A stretch of 64,000 bases of DNA, taken from the NCBI RefSeq assembly GCF_009914755.1, contig NC_060934.1. The stretch is one strand, 5' to 3'. Shown here one piece after another: positions 12,497 through 26,255 of this stretch. Source of the DNA: the human T2T-CHM13v2.0 reference genome, Homo sapiens. The translations under genes were made by a program, and so were the position numbers. Numbering within the stretch: the stretch's first letter is position 1; each line of letters begins with the position of its first letter. The notes beneath the pieces were generated by a model. That model saw nothing but the letters and a program-made list of their open reading frames with translations, searched no databases and was not told where the DNA came from.

Positions 12497-12676
12497 CTGT
12501 TCCTGGGCATGTACCCAGAAGAGCATTTTATCGAGAAGCCTGTGAAGGAAGCCATGGCCCGATTCCGCAAGAACCTCGAGGCCATTGTCAGCGTGATTGC
12601 TGAGCGCAACAAGAAGAAGCAGCTGCCATATTACTACTTGTCCCCAGACCGGATTCCGAACAGTGTGGCCATCTGA
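12497..12676 (+). CDS. ALOX5: ALOX5 exon 14 coding part to stop; C-terminal Ile iron ligand
   Basis: cctcAG|CTGTTC...ATC TGA; [59 protein letters not shown]. Confidence 0.98.
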   Translation: MFLGMYPEEHFIEKPVKEAMARFRKNLEAIVSVIAERNKKKQLPYYYLSPDRIPNSVAI

Positions 12677-12964
12677 GCACACTGCCAGTCTCACTGTGGG
12701 AAGGCCAGCTGCCCCAGCCAGATGGACTCCAGCCTGCCTGGCAGGCTGTCTGGCCAGGCCTCTTGGCAGTCACATCTCTTCCTCCGAGGCCAGTACCTTT
12801 CCATTTATTCTTTGATCTTCAGGGAACTGCATAGATTGATCAAAGTGTAAACACCATAGGGACCCATTCTACACAGAGCAGGACTGCACAGCGTCCTGTC
12901 CACACCCAGCTCAGCATTTCCACACCAAGCAGCAACAGCAAATCACGACCACTGATAGATGTCT

Positions 12965-13067
12965 ATTCTTGTTGGAGACATGGGATGATTATTTTCTGTT
13001 CTATTTGTGCTTAGTCCAATTCCTTGCACATAGTAGGTACCCAATTCAATTACTATTGAATGAATTA
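12965..13067 (+). mobile_element. L2 3'-end fragment within ALOX5 3' UTR
   Basis: gcacatagtaggtacccaat...ttgaatgaat matches the L2 3' terminus. Confidence 0.65.
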
Positions 13068-13085
13068 AGAATTGGTTGCCATAAA

Positions 13086-13091
13086 AATAAA
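13086..13091 (+). terminator. ALOX5: ALOX5 polyadenylation signal AATAAA
   Basis: First canonical hexamer I found after the stop, with downstream GTCTTGTT/TGTGTT elements. Confidence 0.88.
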
Positions 13092-13587
13092 TCAGTTCAT
13101 TTAAAATGGGTCTTGTTCCATGTGTTATATTCCAATCACCCCAAACAGCTCACTGCCATCTCCCACACCAAGAGAAAAAAAAAGCCATAGTCACCGTGAT
13201 TTTATCAAGGCAAAAGCCTCCCCACCCAAGTCTGGATAGAAGGTGCTTTTTCCCTCAAGCAGTGTCTACTCTCTTTGGAACACATCCCAAATGTCACCAC
13301 CTCTGGGAAGGCATCCTTGGTTCCTGTCTCTACCCTGGATTTGTCAGAACCTCTGTTCTTGCCCCCTCTGTGGTCTCTCCCTTGGGACAGGAGCCCCTGG
13401 AAGGACAGAAAACCCACTTTATTTATGTCTGTGCCCCAGGGCTGGCATAAGGCACCAGCACTCAGCTGTTCTCTCCTTTTCCTCCTGGAAGGGCACCTAG
13501 CTAATGGATATTAGGCATTGTCTTGGGAGCTGGGGGCTTATTTTTTCCTGAGGCAGGGTTCTTAACATGACATAAAAAATAAAAATG

Positions 13588-13899
13588 GGCAGGGCGCGGT
13601 GGCTCACGCCTGTAATCCCAGCATTTTGGGAGGCCAAGGTGGGAGGATCATTTGAGGTCAGAATTCAAGACCAGCCTGGCCAACACGGTGAAACCCCATC
13701 TCTACTGAAAATACAAAAATTAGCCAGGCATGGTAGCAGGTACCTGTAATCCCAGCTACTCAGGAGGCTGAGGCAGGAAAATTGCATGAACCTGGGAGAC
13801 AGAGGTTGCAGAGAGTGGATATCGCACCACTGCACTCCAGCCTGGGCAATAGAGCGAGACTCTGTCTCAAATAGTTAATAAATAAATAAATTAAATTAA
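13588..13899 (+). mobile_element. AluS
   Basis: Dimeric Alu with (TAAA)n tail. Confidence 0.93.
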
Positions 13900-14818
13900 A
13901 TAAAAACGCATTCTCTTTCCCCAGCCCCAAGTAGCAGAGCCCGCTCTGAGCCTGGGCATGGTGTCCCATTCTCCTCGTGCTCACATGCCCAACTCCCAGC
14001 CCTCCAGCCCCTGGCTTCGGAATCATGTCATCAGGGTCTCCCATGTCTCTGGAAGGTGCTTCCAGTGTGGCAGGCCATCAGCTCAGTGTCTGGGTAAAGG
14101 CTTCTACAGGGCCAGCATGGCATAGGGGGGAGGTGTGCATGCGTTCCTGAAGCCACAAGGTCTTCTGAGGAGACCTGACTATTGGGGTGGGGACTAGAGA
14201 CTGAGGTCCAGCCCCTTAATGCCCCAGACTCCCTGCCATCCCTCGGAGAATTTCCCACCACACTTATGAATGATCTTCGGGACAGGTGACATAAACATAC
14301 AGCTATGGTAGAGGCATTCAGCTCCATGCCACTGTGAGAATGAACATACCAACTTTTAGGCAACAAGGCCATGTGGTCAAGGAGAGAGGAGAAACGAATA
14401 GGAGTAGGCAGGGGTGGTGAAGCAGGTCTGACATTGGCAAAAGTGACAGAGAAGGATTGGGTTGGAAGGGCTTCAGATGGCAGAGAACCTCTGAAAAAGT
14501 CTCATGCCAGCTAATGAAGAGTCCTCAAAGTCACCATCACAGAAATCTTACATCTGGCAGAAATGACAGCAATAGTTTGGCATGAACCCCACAGTGGATC
14601 CAAACGTGTGGCAGCTGAGATCGTCAGTTAATTATGTTCTCTGCAGCTGGTCCTTCTGGTTCCCTGGAGCTGGGTATCTGAGTAGCACAGCTCCACTGCT
14701 ACCACAGGAGAGGGAGAATCCCAAATTCTGTGCATAGACTGTCTAAACCTCTGGATGACCCCTAAGACACATGTACATAAGGCAAACTGCAAACAGCCCA
14801 ATTTAGGATAAAACAGCC

Positions 14819-15194
14819 TGTCTTACTCTGTTTGTGCTGCTATAATAAAATACCTCAGACTGGGTCATTTATATAGAACAGAAATTGATTCCTCACAGTT
14901 CTGGAGGCTGGAAGTCTAAGAGGAGGCACTGGCAGTTTCAGTGTCTGGTAAGGGAGGGATCAGTGTCTGCTCCCATGAGGATGCCCTCTGTGCTGTGTCC
15001 TCACCCAGCAGAAGAGCAAAAAAGGGCGAACATTCTCAAAAGCCTCTTTTATAAGGACATCAATCCATTCATGAGGGCAGAACCCTCAAGAATTAATCAT
15101 TTCTCAAAAGGCCCCTCCTCCTAATGCCATCACCTTGGGGTTTAAGTTCCAACACATGATTTTTGGAAGGACACATACATTCAAATCATTGCAC
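14819..15194 (-). mobile_element. MaLR LTR (MLT1/MST-like)
   Basis: tgctgctataataaaatacctcagactggg...cacagttctggaggctggaagtc. Confidence 0.8.
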
Positions 15195-15277
15195 AACCAA
15201 AGTGATATTTGAACTTTCAAATAGTTTGCAGTTTGAGATCAACTAAGTTAATTGCTTGCTTGAATAAAAACATCACA

Positions 15278-15670
15278 GCCGGGCACGATGGCTCACGCCT
15301 GTAATTCCAGCACTTTGGGAAGCCAAGGTGGGCAGATCACTTGAGGTCAGGAGTTCGAAACCAGCCTGACCAACATGGTGAAACCCCATTTCTACTAAAA
15401 ATACAAAAATTAGCCAGGCGGCCGGGCGTGGTGGCTCATGCCTGTAATCCCAGCTCTTTGGGAGGCCGAGGCGGGTGGATCACAAGGTCAGGAGATTGAG
15501 ACCATCCTGGCCAACACAGTGAAACCCTGTCTCTACTAAAAATGCAAAAATTAGCTGTTGAGACTACTCGGGAAGCTGAGGCAGGAGAATTGCTTGAGCC
15601 GAGATCGTGCCATCGCACTCCAGCCTGGGGGACAAGAGCAAGACTTCGTCTCAAAAAAAAAAAAAGAAAA
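15278..15670 (+). mobile_element. Composite Alu (left arm + left arm + deleted right arm)
   Basis: Second ggccgggcgtggtggctc begins at ~15420; right arm lacks two internal segments. Confidence 0.85.
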
Positions 15671-16339
15671 GAAATTTTCTGGATTAGGATAATGTTCTAT
15701 ATTTGGATAAGGGTTTAGGTTACCTAGATAGATACATTTATCAAAAGTCATCAAATGGTACACTTCAGATGTACGCATGTCACTGTATGTAAATATTACC
15801 CCAAAATCAACAAGAACCATGAGCAAATACTGACTTCTAGTGAACGACATGCATACTGAAACTTTCGTAGTGAAGTATAATTATGGCTGCAGTTGACTCT
15901 GAAATACATAAAAACCTAAGTTGATGGGTGAATACAGTGATTAATAGATAGAAATCTGTGGTAAAGCATACGGAGAAAAATGTTAATTGTAGATTCTAGG
16001 GTTTATATATATTCTCACTATATAATTAAACGTTTTTATGTTTAAAAATTTTTATAATGTTGAAAAACCATGAAATCCTACCTAACGCAGTAAGACAAGA
16101 AAAAGAGATAAAAGGTATATGTACTGGGAAGTAAGAAATAAAACCGTCTTTGTTAGCAGATGACATGCTCATCTATGTAGAAAATCCAAAAGAATGGATA
16201 AAGAAACTCCTGGAACTAATAAGTGGTTACAGTAAGGTTGTAGGATACAAGGTTAATATACAAAAGTCAATCACTCTCTTATTCACCAGTAATGAACAAG
16301 TGGAAATTGAAATTCAAAACAAAATACTATTTACATTAA

Positions 16340-16885
<546 letters not shown>

Positions 16886-17627
16886 AACTTATTCTAAAAT
16901 TTAGATAGGGAAGCAAAAGACCCAGAACAGCTAACACAACAATATAGTAGGAAAACAACAAATTTGGAAAATGGATACTACCCAACTCCAAGACTTACTA
17001 TAAAGCTACAGTAATCAAGATAGTGCCGTATTGGTGAAAGAATAGACAAATAGATCAATGGAACAGAATAGAGAGCCTAAGAAATAGACCTTCATAAATA
17101 CAGTCAACTCATCCTTGACAAAGTAGCATAGACACTACAATGGAGCAAAGATTGTCTTTTCAACAAGTGGTGCAGGAACAACTGGATATCCACATGCAAA
17201 AACAAACAAACAAGCATGAATCTAGATACAGACCTTATGCTCTTCACAAAAATTAACTCAAAATGGATTATAGATCTAAATGTAAAATTCAAAACTATAA
17301 AATTCCCATAACATAGGATAAAATCTAGATGACCTAGGTATGGCTATGACTTTTTAGACATAACACCAAAGCCATGGTCCATGAAAGAAATAATTGGTAA
17401 GTTGGACTTAATTAAAATTAAAACCTTCCGCTCTGCAAAAGACCACACTAGGAGAGGGAGGAAATATTTACAAAGACACATCTGATAAAGAATTGTTACT
17501 TAAATTATACAAAGCCTTCTTAAACTTAACAGTAAGGAAACAATCTGATTGAAAAATGGGCCAAAGACTTTAACAAACAAAAGAAGATATACAAATGGCA
17601 AGTAAGTATGTGAAAAGAAGCTGCACA

Positions 17628-17936
<309 letters not shown>

Positions 17937-18733
17937 TTATCAGGGAAATGCAAATTTAGAATAACGCAATAACAAGATACCACTACATACATATTAGAAT
18001 GGCCAAAATTGAGAACACTGACAGCACCAAATGTGGAGGAGGATGTGGAGCAACAGGAACTAGAGAGAATGCAAAATGGTATAGCCACTTAGGAAGACAG
18101 CTTGGCAGTTTCTTACAAAACTAAATATACTCTTACCACACAATCCAGCAATCACACTCCTTGGTATTTACTTACATCCCAACAAAAACCCTCATATGGA
18201 TGTCTAGAGCAGCTTTGTTCATAATTGTCAAAACTTGGAAGCAACCAAAGATGCCCTTCGGTAGGTGAGTAAATAAATAATATCCAGACAATGGAAATAC
18301 CATTCAGTACTAAAGAGAAATGAGCTATCAAGCCATGAAAAGGCGTGGAAGAAACTGAAGTGTGTATCACTAAAAGTCAATCTGAAAAGGGTGCATAAGT
18401 TTCCAAAGATATGATATTGCAGAAAAGGCAAAACTGTGGAGACAGTAAAAAGATTGCCAGGGGCTAGGGCAGTGGGAGGGATGAATAGGCAGGGCACAGA
18501 GGATTTTCAGGGCAATAACACTACTCTGTATGACACTATAATGTTGGATACATGGCCAGATCCACAGAATGTAGAACACCAAGAGTGAACCTTGAACTAT
18601 GGACTTTGAGTGATGAGGATGAGTCAGTGTAGGCTCATGGATTGTAATAAATGCACCACTGTGGGGGGGGGATATTGATAACTGGGGGGCTGTACATGTG
18701 TAGGGACAGGAGTAAATGGGAAATCTCTACTTT

Positions 18734-19084
18734 TGTTACCGGTGGAGGGTGTACCGCATTTTGAACAAAAAATTGGACAAAACGCACAAAGCAAGGAAAG
18801 AATGAAGCAACAAAAGCAGAGATTTATTGAAAACGAAAGTACACTCCACAGGGTGGGAGCAGGCCTAAGCAGGTGGCTCAAGGGCCTGAATACAGATTTT
18901 TCTGGGGTTTAAATACCCTCTAGAGGTTTCCATTGGTTACTTGGTGTATACCCTACGCAAATGAAGAGGATGAAGGGAGGTTACAAAGTTATTTACTTGG
19001 TGTAGAAAATTAGGGTTTTTCCCTTTTATTTAGTTGTAGGAAGCCCTTAGGTTACCTGCCTCCAGACCCTATTCTCCTGCCTCA
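18734..19084 (-). mobile_element. ERV1 solo LTR (MER51-like)
   Basis: Minus strand begins TGAGGCAGGAGAATAGGGTCTGGAGGCAGG and ends in TAACA. Confidence 0.75.
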
Positions 19085-20334
19085 TTTTATTCCTAATTTT
19101 GTTGTGAACCTAAAATTGCTCTAAAAAATGAAATCTTTTAAACAAGAAAATAAACTTATAAATTGCAAATATGTGTCACTTACATAAAAACAAAGAATTA
19201 GTGTCCCTACATCAGGAAAAAAACACCTATAATTCAATGTAAAAATGCAAAAAAGCCAAGAGAAATGGCCAAGCCATGGAAATTCACAGAAGTAGAAATA
19301 GGCAGTAAATAAACAATGCTCAATTTCATTTATCTGAGAAATGGAGAGTAAAACTTCAGTGACATACAAAGGAGTAACAATCATTTTAGGAACAATTTTA
19401 AAAATAACACTTGTGATGTGGCTCAGGAAAGATTCATATTCTCACTGTAGGAAGGTAAGTGAATCATTTTAGAGGTCAGTTTTGCAACTTAGAAGATCAA
19501 ATGCATCTACCCTTTTTCTACTTCTAGAAATGTATCTTCAGAAGTGCCCCTCCCTCCCTCACACACCCCCAAGTGTACAAAAATAAATGACATGGATGTG
19601 GACTGCAGCCTTGTTTCTAATACCAAAAATCAGTAAACAACCTAAAAATCTGTATCCATGAGGATTTAAAGAAATCCTGCATGAGTTAGAAAGAATAAGG
19701 TAGATGCCTGGGTTCTAACATAGAAAATATCAAACTGGTTGTTAGATGAAAAAAGCAAGTTGCAAAGTGAGGTAATGTGTAAATGCAGTAAGCAAAATAC
19801 ATCATATATATAGTACTTTCTATGTATTTACCTATATGAGCGTGATGCCTCCAACTGCATAGCTGTGGCTCCGGGAGCAGGACCTTGTAACAGAGCCTCT
19901 GCCCCTGACTGTCCTGAGGGGCCTTTCCCTGGGAAAGGAACCAGGTTTGATTTTCAGTCTCTTTTGTTATCACCATGCTGACAGCTTTGCTTGTCATATG
20001 CCTTTCCCTCCGCTGTACTGATTTTACCTTACAGAAGCTCTCCTTAGTGCTTCATCAGACACTCCCTCTTTTCCAAAGAAAAGACAGCCGCATTCCATGG
20101 TCATCTGGTTGAGCTCGAGGTGAGCCCCAGGGATCATGTGCCTCCCACCAGGCTGACACCCCAGTGGTGAGGAGTTGCCCCTTGGCTTTTTCGAGGCCAA
20201 GCAACTCAGAGGTGTGGCAGGATTGCATGTCACAGTGGCACTTCCAAGGCCCTGGAGAGTGACTCAACGCCTCTGTTATTAAGATGTCACACAGGCTGTG
20301 CAGCAACAACTCTAGGGACACCCTTCACACTGAC

Positions 20335-20525
20335 AGAGTTGGCAAGCTTTTCCTATAAAGGGGCACACAGTGAATACTGTAGGCTTTGTAGGCCATACTA
20401 TCTGTCCCAACAATTCAACTTTGCCCACTGTAGCTGTGAATCAACCGTAGATAATATTAAGTGAATGTGCACTGCTGTTTGCTAATAGTTTATTGACAAA
20501 AACAGCTGCTTTTGAGCAGTTTGCT
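20335..20525. mobile_element. MER58-like hAT MITE
   Basis: ggcaagcttttcctataaaggg...aggctttgtaggccata...tttattgacaaaaacag. Confidence 0.7.
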
Positions 20526-21574
20526 ACCCCGACAGAGACTGTGGGGAGTCCCTGGTGGCAGCGAGCTACAGGCAGCCAGTACCCCATCAGTGTGGCTGGT
20601 TCCATCCTCTCAAGCCTGCCTGCACCCAGACACTGTCGAGTGTGTCTTCAGAAAAACTCCTAAAATTCCCCAAAAGCACAGTGGCTCCCCGAGAGCCACC
20701 TCCCTCACCTTCTTACAGGGGCAGGTTCCTCTTCCGGTTCCACCCTCCTCAGCACGGAGCTCAGGGGCCATCCCCACCTCCTCTTGGCCGCAAGCACAGA
20801 CCTTCCCACACAGGCTCAGCAGCTCTGCGGGCCTGTCCCCCACCTGGAGCTGCAGGCCTCCACTCCTGGGGACAGCTGTGACCATGGCTCTGCAAAGCAG
20901 CCTTGTGCCTAGCTCCCAAGTCAGCTGGCAGCCCAGAGTGGAACAATTCTGTGGATCACCTCTGAGACAGCAGCACATCTGGGCAAGCCTGGCTTCCCAC
21001 CCCTCACCTCCTGCAACCTCTGACCCTTGCCATGCATGTGGTAGGGAAGCTGCAACCAGGCCTCAGCACTCCCAGACCTGTGGGCGGTTTGCTGTCTGAG
21101 GATCGTGGCACTGCCTTCCCTCAGAGGCCTTGCCAGAGCCAGGGGATGCAGCGTGGCAGAGCTGTCACTGGCAACCCTGCTGGTCTCCCTGGTGCTTTCT
21201 CAGCTGGGCTGTGGGTCAGGACAAATTTCTATGGATAAGGCTGGATCATAATCTAGTGCTCCATGGTCATGCAGCGACAGACTCGAGTCTGCCTTCTCTC
21301 AGGGTGGTGAGCTCAGGTAGGAACGGGATGTTTGAAGCAAGCACACCTGTGAGAAATGCCTGTTTTCACTCCCATCCCACACACTCGTCCAGACACTGCC
21401 AGCCCACCCCCGACACACGTGTCTGAGGGAGGCTGAGGAAAACAGACACCTCCAGGAGCCGCATACTATTTCCTGATGTGTAAGCCAGACAACCCTGGAA
21501 AGGAGGTCAGGGAACCGGAGTGCCTGCCAACGTCCCCAGCCTCCCTGCAGCAAAACACTCTCATGGCAAAACTC

Positions 21575-24500
21575 CTTTTTAAAGAAAGGCTTTATTGCTG
21601 CAATTAGACATCCCAGTGTATAGCACAAACCCCCCTGTACAGAGAATTATTCAAGTGGTAATACTGAGAAACAGTGAACACACACAAAAGAATACAAAAC
21701 TAGACATTTAGATCACTAGAAACTTTCTAAGGTAAGAAAAATTTCAAATGTGAAGTGCCTTTTAGAAACTACACCACACATGCCAGTGTAAATTTGGTTT
21801 AACAATCAATTTCTATAAACATTGCATCTAACTGTGCACTGATCAACTGCACAACTTCAACAATTACTTCCAAGACAAAGATAAATGCTTTTATTTCCCT
21901 ATGTTTTGGTCTTTCCTTGGGCTAGAGACAGAAGCTGCATGTTTCAAACCAGATTCAAAAGGGAAAGCACTTCAAAACAGAAAGTACTTCAATTGTGTAT
22001 TTGCCTTCAGCCACATCCAGAGACTTGTGGATCTCACCCGGTTGGTCCCAGCCCTTCTCCAACCCTGAAGCCCACAGCAGGGGTGCAGAGGCAGCCCCAG
22101 ATCGTGCAGACATCACCCGAGGCTCCCAAACTGGCCCAGCTGCCTGAGGCCTGCATGCCTGTGGCCAGGTAGGACACATGTGCAGGTTTGAAAACTAGGC
22201 CTACAAGACTGAAGAGTGGACTGAAGCAAAAAGGGGAGAAACATTAGAGGCCTACAGTAGGAAGAGACCTTTTATAGAGTTTTCAGGAAATTCTCACAAT
22301 AAACTTGGGCACAAAGACCAAATTGCTGAGGCCAGAAGCCTGCTTACGGTACTGTGACTTATGGGGAGTAGAGGCCAAATCAGAGAGGGCTGGCTGGTGA
22401 TACCCCAGACCACTTGCCTCTTCCCCTTCCCTGGCCTACAAATACCAGGCCTCCTGGCCCTGAGACCTCATTCTGGGTTTCTATATGGGTCAACCAAATG
22501 CCATCCTTTCACTAAACCCAGGTGCAAAATGGGGGGGGAAGGGGGGAAGCTGGGGAGTACACAGCACCCAAAAGAACCGAGAGAGCAAGTTTTCCAAGGC
22601 TACAGGAACATTGGCAGAGCTGGTGGCCACACCAGATGGGAGTACCACATCCCCACCAGGCTTCATGCTTCACTGCTAGATGCAGGGGGCTAGAAGGGTC
22701 TGATGAATCAGGAGCTGAACTAGAACCTTCAAGAAAAGAAAAGGCAAGGGGGTGGCTCTGTGCCCCGCCAGGAGAGGAAAGAAGAATGTGTGTGGATTGT
22801 CCACAGTGAGGCCAGAAACGATGAGATGGTGTTAGGCAGAAAAGAAGGGAGAGGGCTTCCCATGAGAATCTGGCTGGGCATGGGAGGGATACAGGGCTCA
22901 GTTATCAAGGCACCTTTGCCATAGTGGGGTGCCAGCTACATTGGGTGGGATGCCCAGGGGCTGTCCCTACCTAAGCACTTTCTTGTCTACAGGAAGTCTT
23001 GGTGCTTTTCAAGTTCAGCATAAGGGGTTCCATATGTGAAGTGGGGATTCACACTTAGAAAATCTATCCTGGTCTTCACCTGAAACACTCATCTACTGCT
23101 GGGTGGCAGGAACAAGTATACAAAACCAGGGGCCTTGCCTGGGCAGTTCCTAAGGGACATTGGCAGGGCTGACCTGGGATTCAGCTCCCCTGAGTGGACA
23201 GTCTGTGGTTGCCTGGGGTCCCCAGGCTGAGAAGGGGTATGGGTAATTGCACTTCGGGGCACAGTGAACACAGGCACGGGCTGGATGTGCCCTGGGAGAC
23301 AGAAAGGAGAGGCTGACCTATTCTCAGGAGCTGGCTATGGCTGGACAGTGCCTGCCCGGCCAGAGGAAGGCCACAGCAGAGCCACTCCACAGACTAAGAC
23401 CTGTGTTGCCAAGGAATCAGACACTGGCTTGGAGGAGACAGGAGGACAAAGCCTGCTGCTATTAAGCCCACACCGTAGCTTAGAGATCCTTCAGCCTCCT
23501 GGCCTTCAAAACAAACTCCAGGGCTTCCACTCTGAAAGGCAAAGGAATCACCTCGTGTTTGCTTCATCCCCTTAGCAGGATGAACGAAACGCCTAAGGCC
23601 CAAAAAGACTGAGGGCAGGACCCCCAGCATCTCCCATCTCCTCCGTGCAGGCTGGGTGAGAGAATGGCCTGGAAAGGAAGCATCTGCGCTACATTGTGCT
23701 TCAGGCCCCCCCAGCAACTTTCCCGGAGGTAACTATTTGCCTGGAAAACTAGGAAACTGGGTTTTAAAAACAGAATTTTAAGCAGACTTTTTAGAGGGAC
23801 AAGGCCATTTGATGGTAGTGATTTTGGTTTTGTTTTATGAAAATGGTACAGGTGGTAATCCCTGATGACAGAATGCACTGAGAGTGGGGCCAAGGGCCCT
23901 GAAGGATCCTGTCTGTTCAGTCTGGTTAAGGCGACAGCTGGGCGGGCATGTGGCCGGGGAGCAGTGGCACAGCGGACCCTGGCAGTTTGCTCACACCTGG
24001 CCCTCGTCCCAGAGCCAGCCCACCTGCCTCTTGGCCCTGGTAGTGACTCCACAGAACTTCCCCGAGCAGAAGCCTCACAGTGGGCCAGCACCCATCTTGC
24101 ATGCAAGGGAGAACCTGCATGCAGTGCACACACCCCGGCCAGGGTGGCACATGGCTGCTCTTTCAATGTGAAGCCAACACCAACTGGAGAGATTTAACTA
24201 TAAAGGAATATTTTTTAAATATTCAGTTTTGTTGTCATTACTCACTTCCTTTCCTTCCATTTCGATCTCAGAAACTGTTCTTTTACAGTGTTGACAAAAA
24301 AGAAATGTATGGGCCAGGTCTACAAAGTAACACCTTGTCATAAAACAGGCTCAAAAGCATAGGAATCATGCTTTAATTGCCATTTAGCATCCACTAATTC
24401 CCATGAGATCTGTGATTAAAAAAAAAGCCTCTGGCCTGCTTGTCCTGTCTTAAAAGTCATGAGTCTGTTTTATGAACAGAAAGAATGCCACGCTTCTTAG

Positions 24501-25226
24501 CATATGTAAGGCAAAATGGATTTTTGATCTCTCATGATGTAAAGGAGATACAAAGGTAAGGAAGGGAAGATTTCTAAGTGAGACTTTTTTTGAGTGTCAA
24601 TCCCGCTGGACACACATATTACAAAATAAAGATTTTCTTCTGTAAAGTGCTGTTTGCTCAGTGAATCATGCGCCACCACAGAGCACCATGGCTCCACCTG
24701 CTCAAGAGCATGGAGGAGGCAGCATCGGCAGAGGGCAGGCAGGAGTCTGTGTTTGGGGGTCTGTTTCAATACCATCTCCTGGGGTTCGCCGTGATGCAGA
24801 GGGAATCTTCTCGTCATGGCTAGACACTCCCCAATGCTCTGCTCCAGGCTGGGGACCACTGCAAGCTGGAGGCGGCTGGGTATCAGGGCCTGGGCACCCC
24901 TGCTCCTCCTCTTCCCTTGGGATTGGCATTTTATTCTCTCATTCAGCTCAAGACCATGGGCAGGAACTCTGCTGGCTCCCCATGATGTCATCATGGGGTC
25001 TTCCACTTTCCCACAGAGCTGCCAGGCAGAGGCAGGACCCAGGCATGCCTGGCCCACAGGAAGGTTTTCTAGGAGACTAAGGAGGGTTTAGAAAAAGAGA
25101 AGCCACTATAAATAGTCACCTGTCCAGTCTATGCTATTAAAGGACATAAGAAAGGTATACAATTGGCAGTAAACAATTTCCTTCAGCTCTTCATGGATGT
25201 CCAGGAAAATGACAACCCGCACACAA
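21575..25226 (-). other. MARCHF8: MARCHF8 3' UTR (~3.6 kb, end approximate)
   Basis: Largely repeat-free sequence from the stop codon to AATAAA (plus-strand tttatt 21591-21596). Confidence 0.75.
21591..21596 (-). terminator. MARCHF8: MARCHF8 main polyadenylation signal AATAAA
   Basis: Canonical hexamer with TGTA elements upstream and GT/T-rich sequence downstream on the minus strand. Confidence 0.75.
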
Positions 25227-25531
25227 TCAGACGTGAATGATTTCTGCTCCAGTGTCTTCAGGCTCTGTGCAACAAGAAGAGTTTGTGTCGGAATGACAGA
25301 TTCCATGTCCATGTTTATTTTCAAAGTTGGGCTCTGTTAGTGGAGATTTTTCAAAAATATTCTTTTTGCTTGTTTCTGGACAGTTTTGAACATAGATCAC
25401 TCTATTATAGGCCTTGAGTCTCTTCCACAATTGCACATACACTTTACACTGAACATACATAAAAAGAAGTCCTCCGGTGAAGCCGATGGCCACAACCACC
25501 AATTTAGTCCAAAAGGGCCATTCTAGGATTC
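25227..25531 (-). CDS. MARCHF8: MARCHF8 last coding exon: TM2, YxxL motif, C-terminal tail
   Basis: Minus ttccAG|GAATCC...GTC TGA; [44 protein letters not shown]...GAEIIHV*; constitutive exons sum to 774 nt, and a 102-nt upstream coding exon outside the window completes 291 aa. Confidence 0.98.
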
Positions 25532-25644
25532 CTGGAAGGGAAAAACTCAGCCTATTAGATTTTATTTAAGATATGAAGTAAAGAAAAACACAACTTCTGA
25601 ACTTCCCATAATCAACTGATTCTTTGTTGTTGTTGTTGTTTTTT

Positions 25645-25795
25645 AAGAGATGGAGTCTTGCTATGTTGCCCAGGCTGGAGTGCAGTGGCTATTCACAGGT
25701 GTGATCATGGCACACTACAGCCTTGAACTCCTGAGCCTCAGCAATCCTCCATCCCTCAGCCTCAAGTATCTGGGGACCACAAGCCTGCACCACTG
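25645..25795 (-). mobile_element. Alu monomer (FRAM/AluJ-like)
   Basis: gagatggagtcttgctatgttgcccaggctggagtgcagtggc. Confidence 0.85.
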
Positions 25796-26107
25796 ACCAA
25801 TGGATTCACAACTCATCCAATGTTGCTCAGTCAAAGAAGAGTGGAAGACAGTGTCCAGCTACTTCCTGCTTTTATAGGATGTAGTTTGCGGAGATTCTCA
25901 TGCTCCAGAATATGAACTCTCCTGACTGGGTTTCAAAAACTACCACCACAGCAAAAGAAATGCCAAAAAGGAGGCTAGTGCCTCCTAACTGATGTCCCTC
26001 CTCCGGAAACCCAGACGTTTTTGGCTAACTGGAAAATCCTCTGACCCCAGGACTCCTGTGAGCTATCCCGGCCCCCATGCTGAGCTTGCTCCAGCCTGAG
26101 AACTCAC

Positions 26108-26255
26108 CTGTTGCCTGCCCCTGCTTGATCTCCTCAGCAGTACGGTCAATGAGCACATACAAGGACCAGACCACACATGTGATGGCAATGACGTGGAATG
26201 TCACTGAGCACATGATCTTCCTGCGCTCGCTGGACGTCATCTGCAACTTCTCCCA
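26108..26255 (-). CDS. MARCHF8: MARCHF8 exon encoding TM1 (148 nt)
   Basis: Minus ttctAG|TGGGAG...ACAG|GTgagt; [49 protein letters not shown]. Confidence 0.98.

Larger units (their letters stand above)
12677..13110 (+). other. ALOX5: ALOX5 3' UTR (end approximate)
   Basis: From the stop codon to ~20 nt past AATAAA; GT/T-rich sequence follows. Confidence 0.85.

Noticed and set aside
20512-21099. 195-aa ORF between the two genes
   Set aside because: Non-ATG start, no recognisable domain or splice structure
22531-22556. G-runs as an RNA G-quadruplex in the MARCHF8 UTR
   Set aside because: G-rich strand is the template; the mRNA is C-rich here
23564-25091. 100-200 aa ORFs in the MARCHF8 3' UTR
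   Set aside because: No homology recognised; consistent with chance
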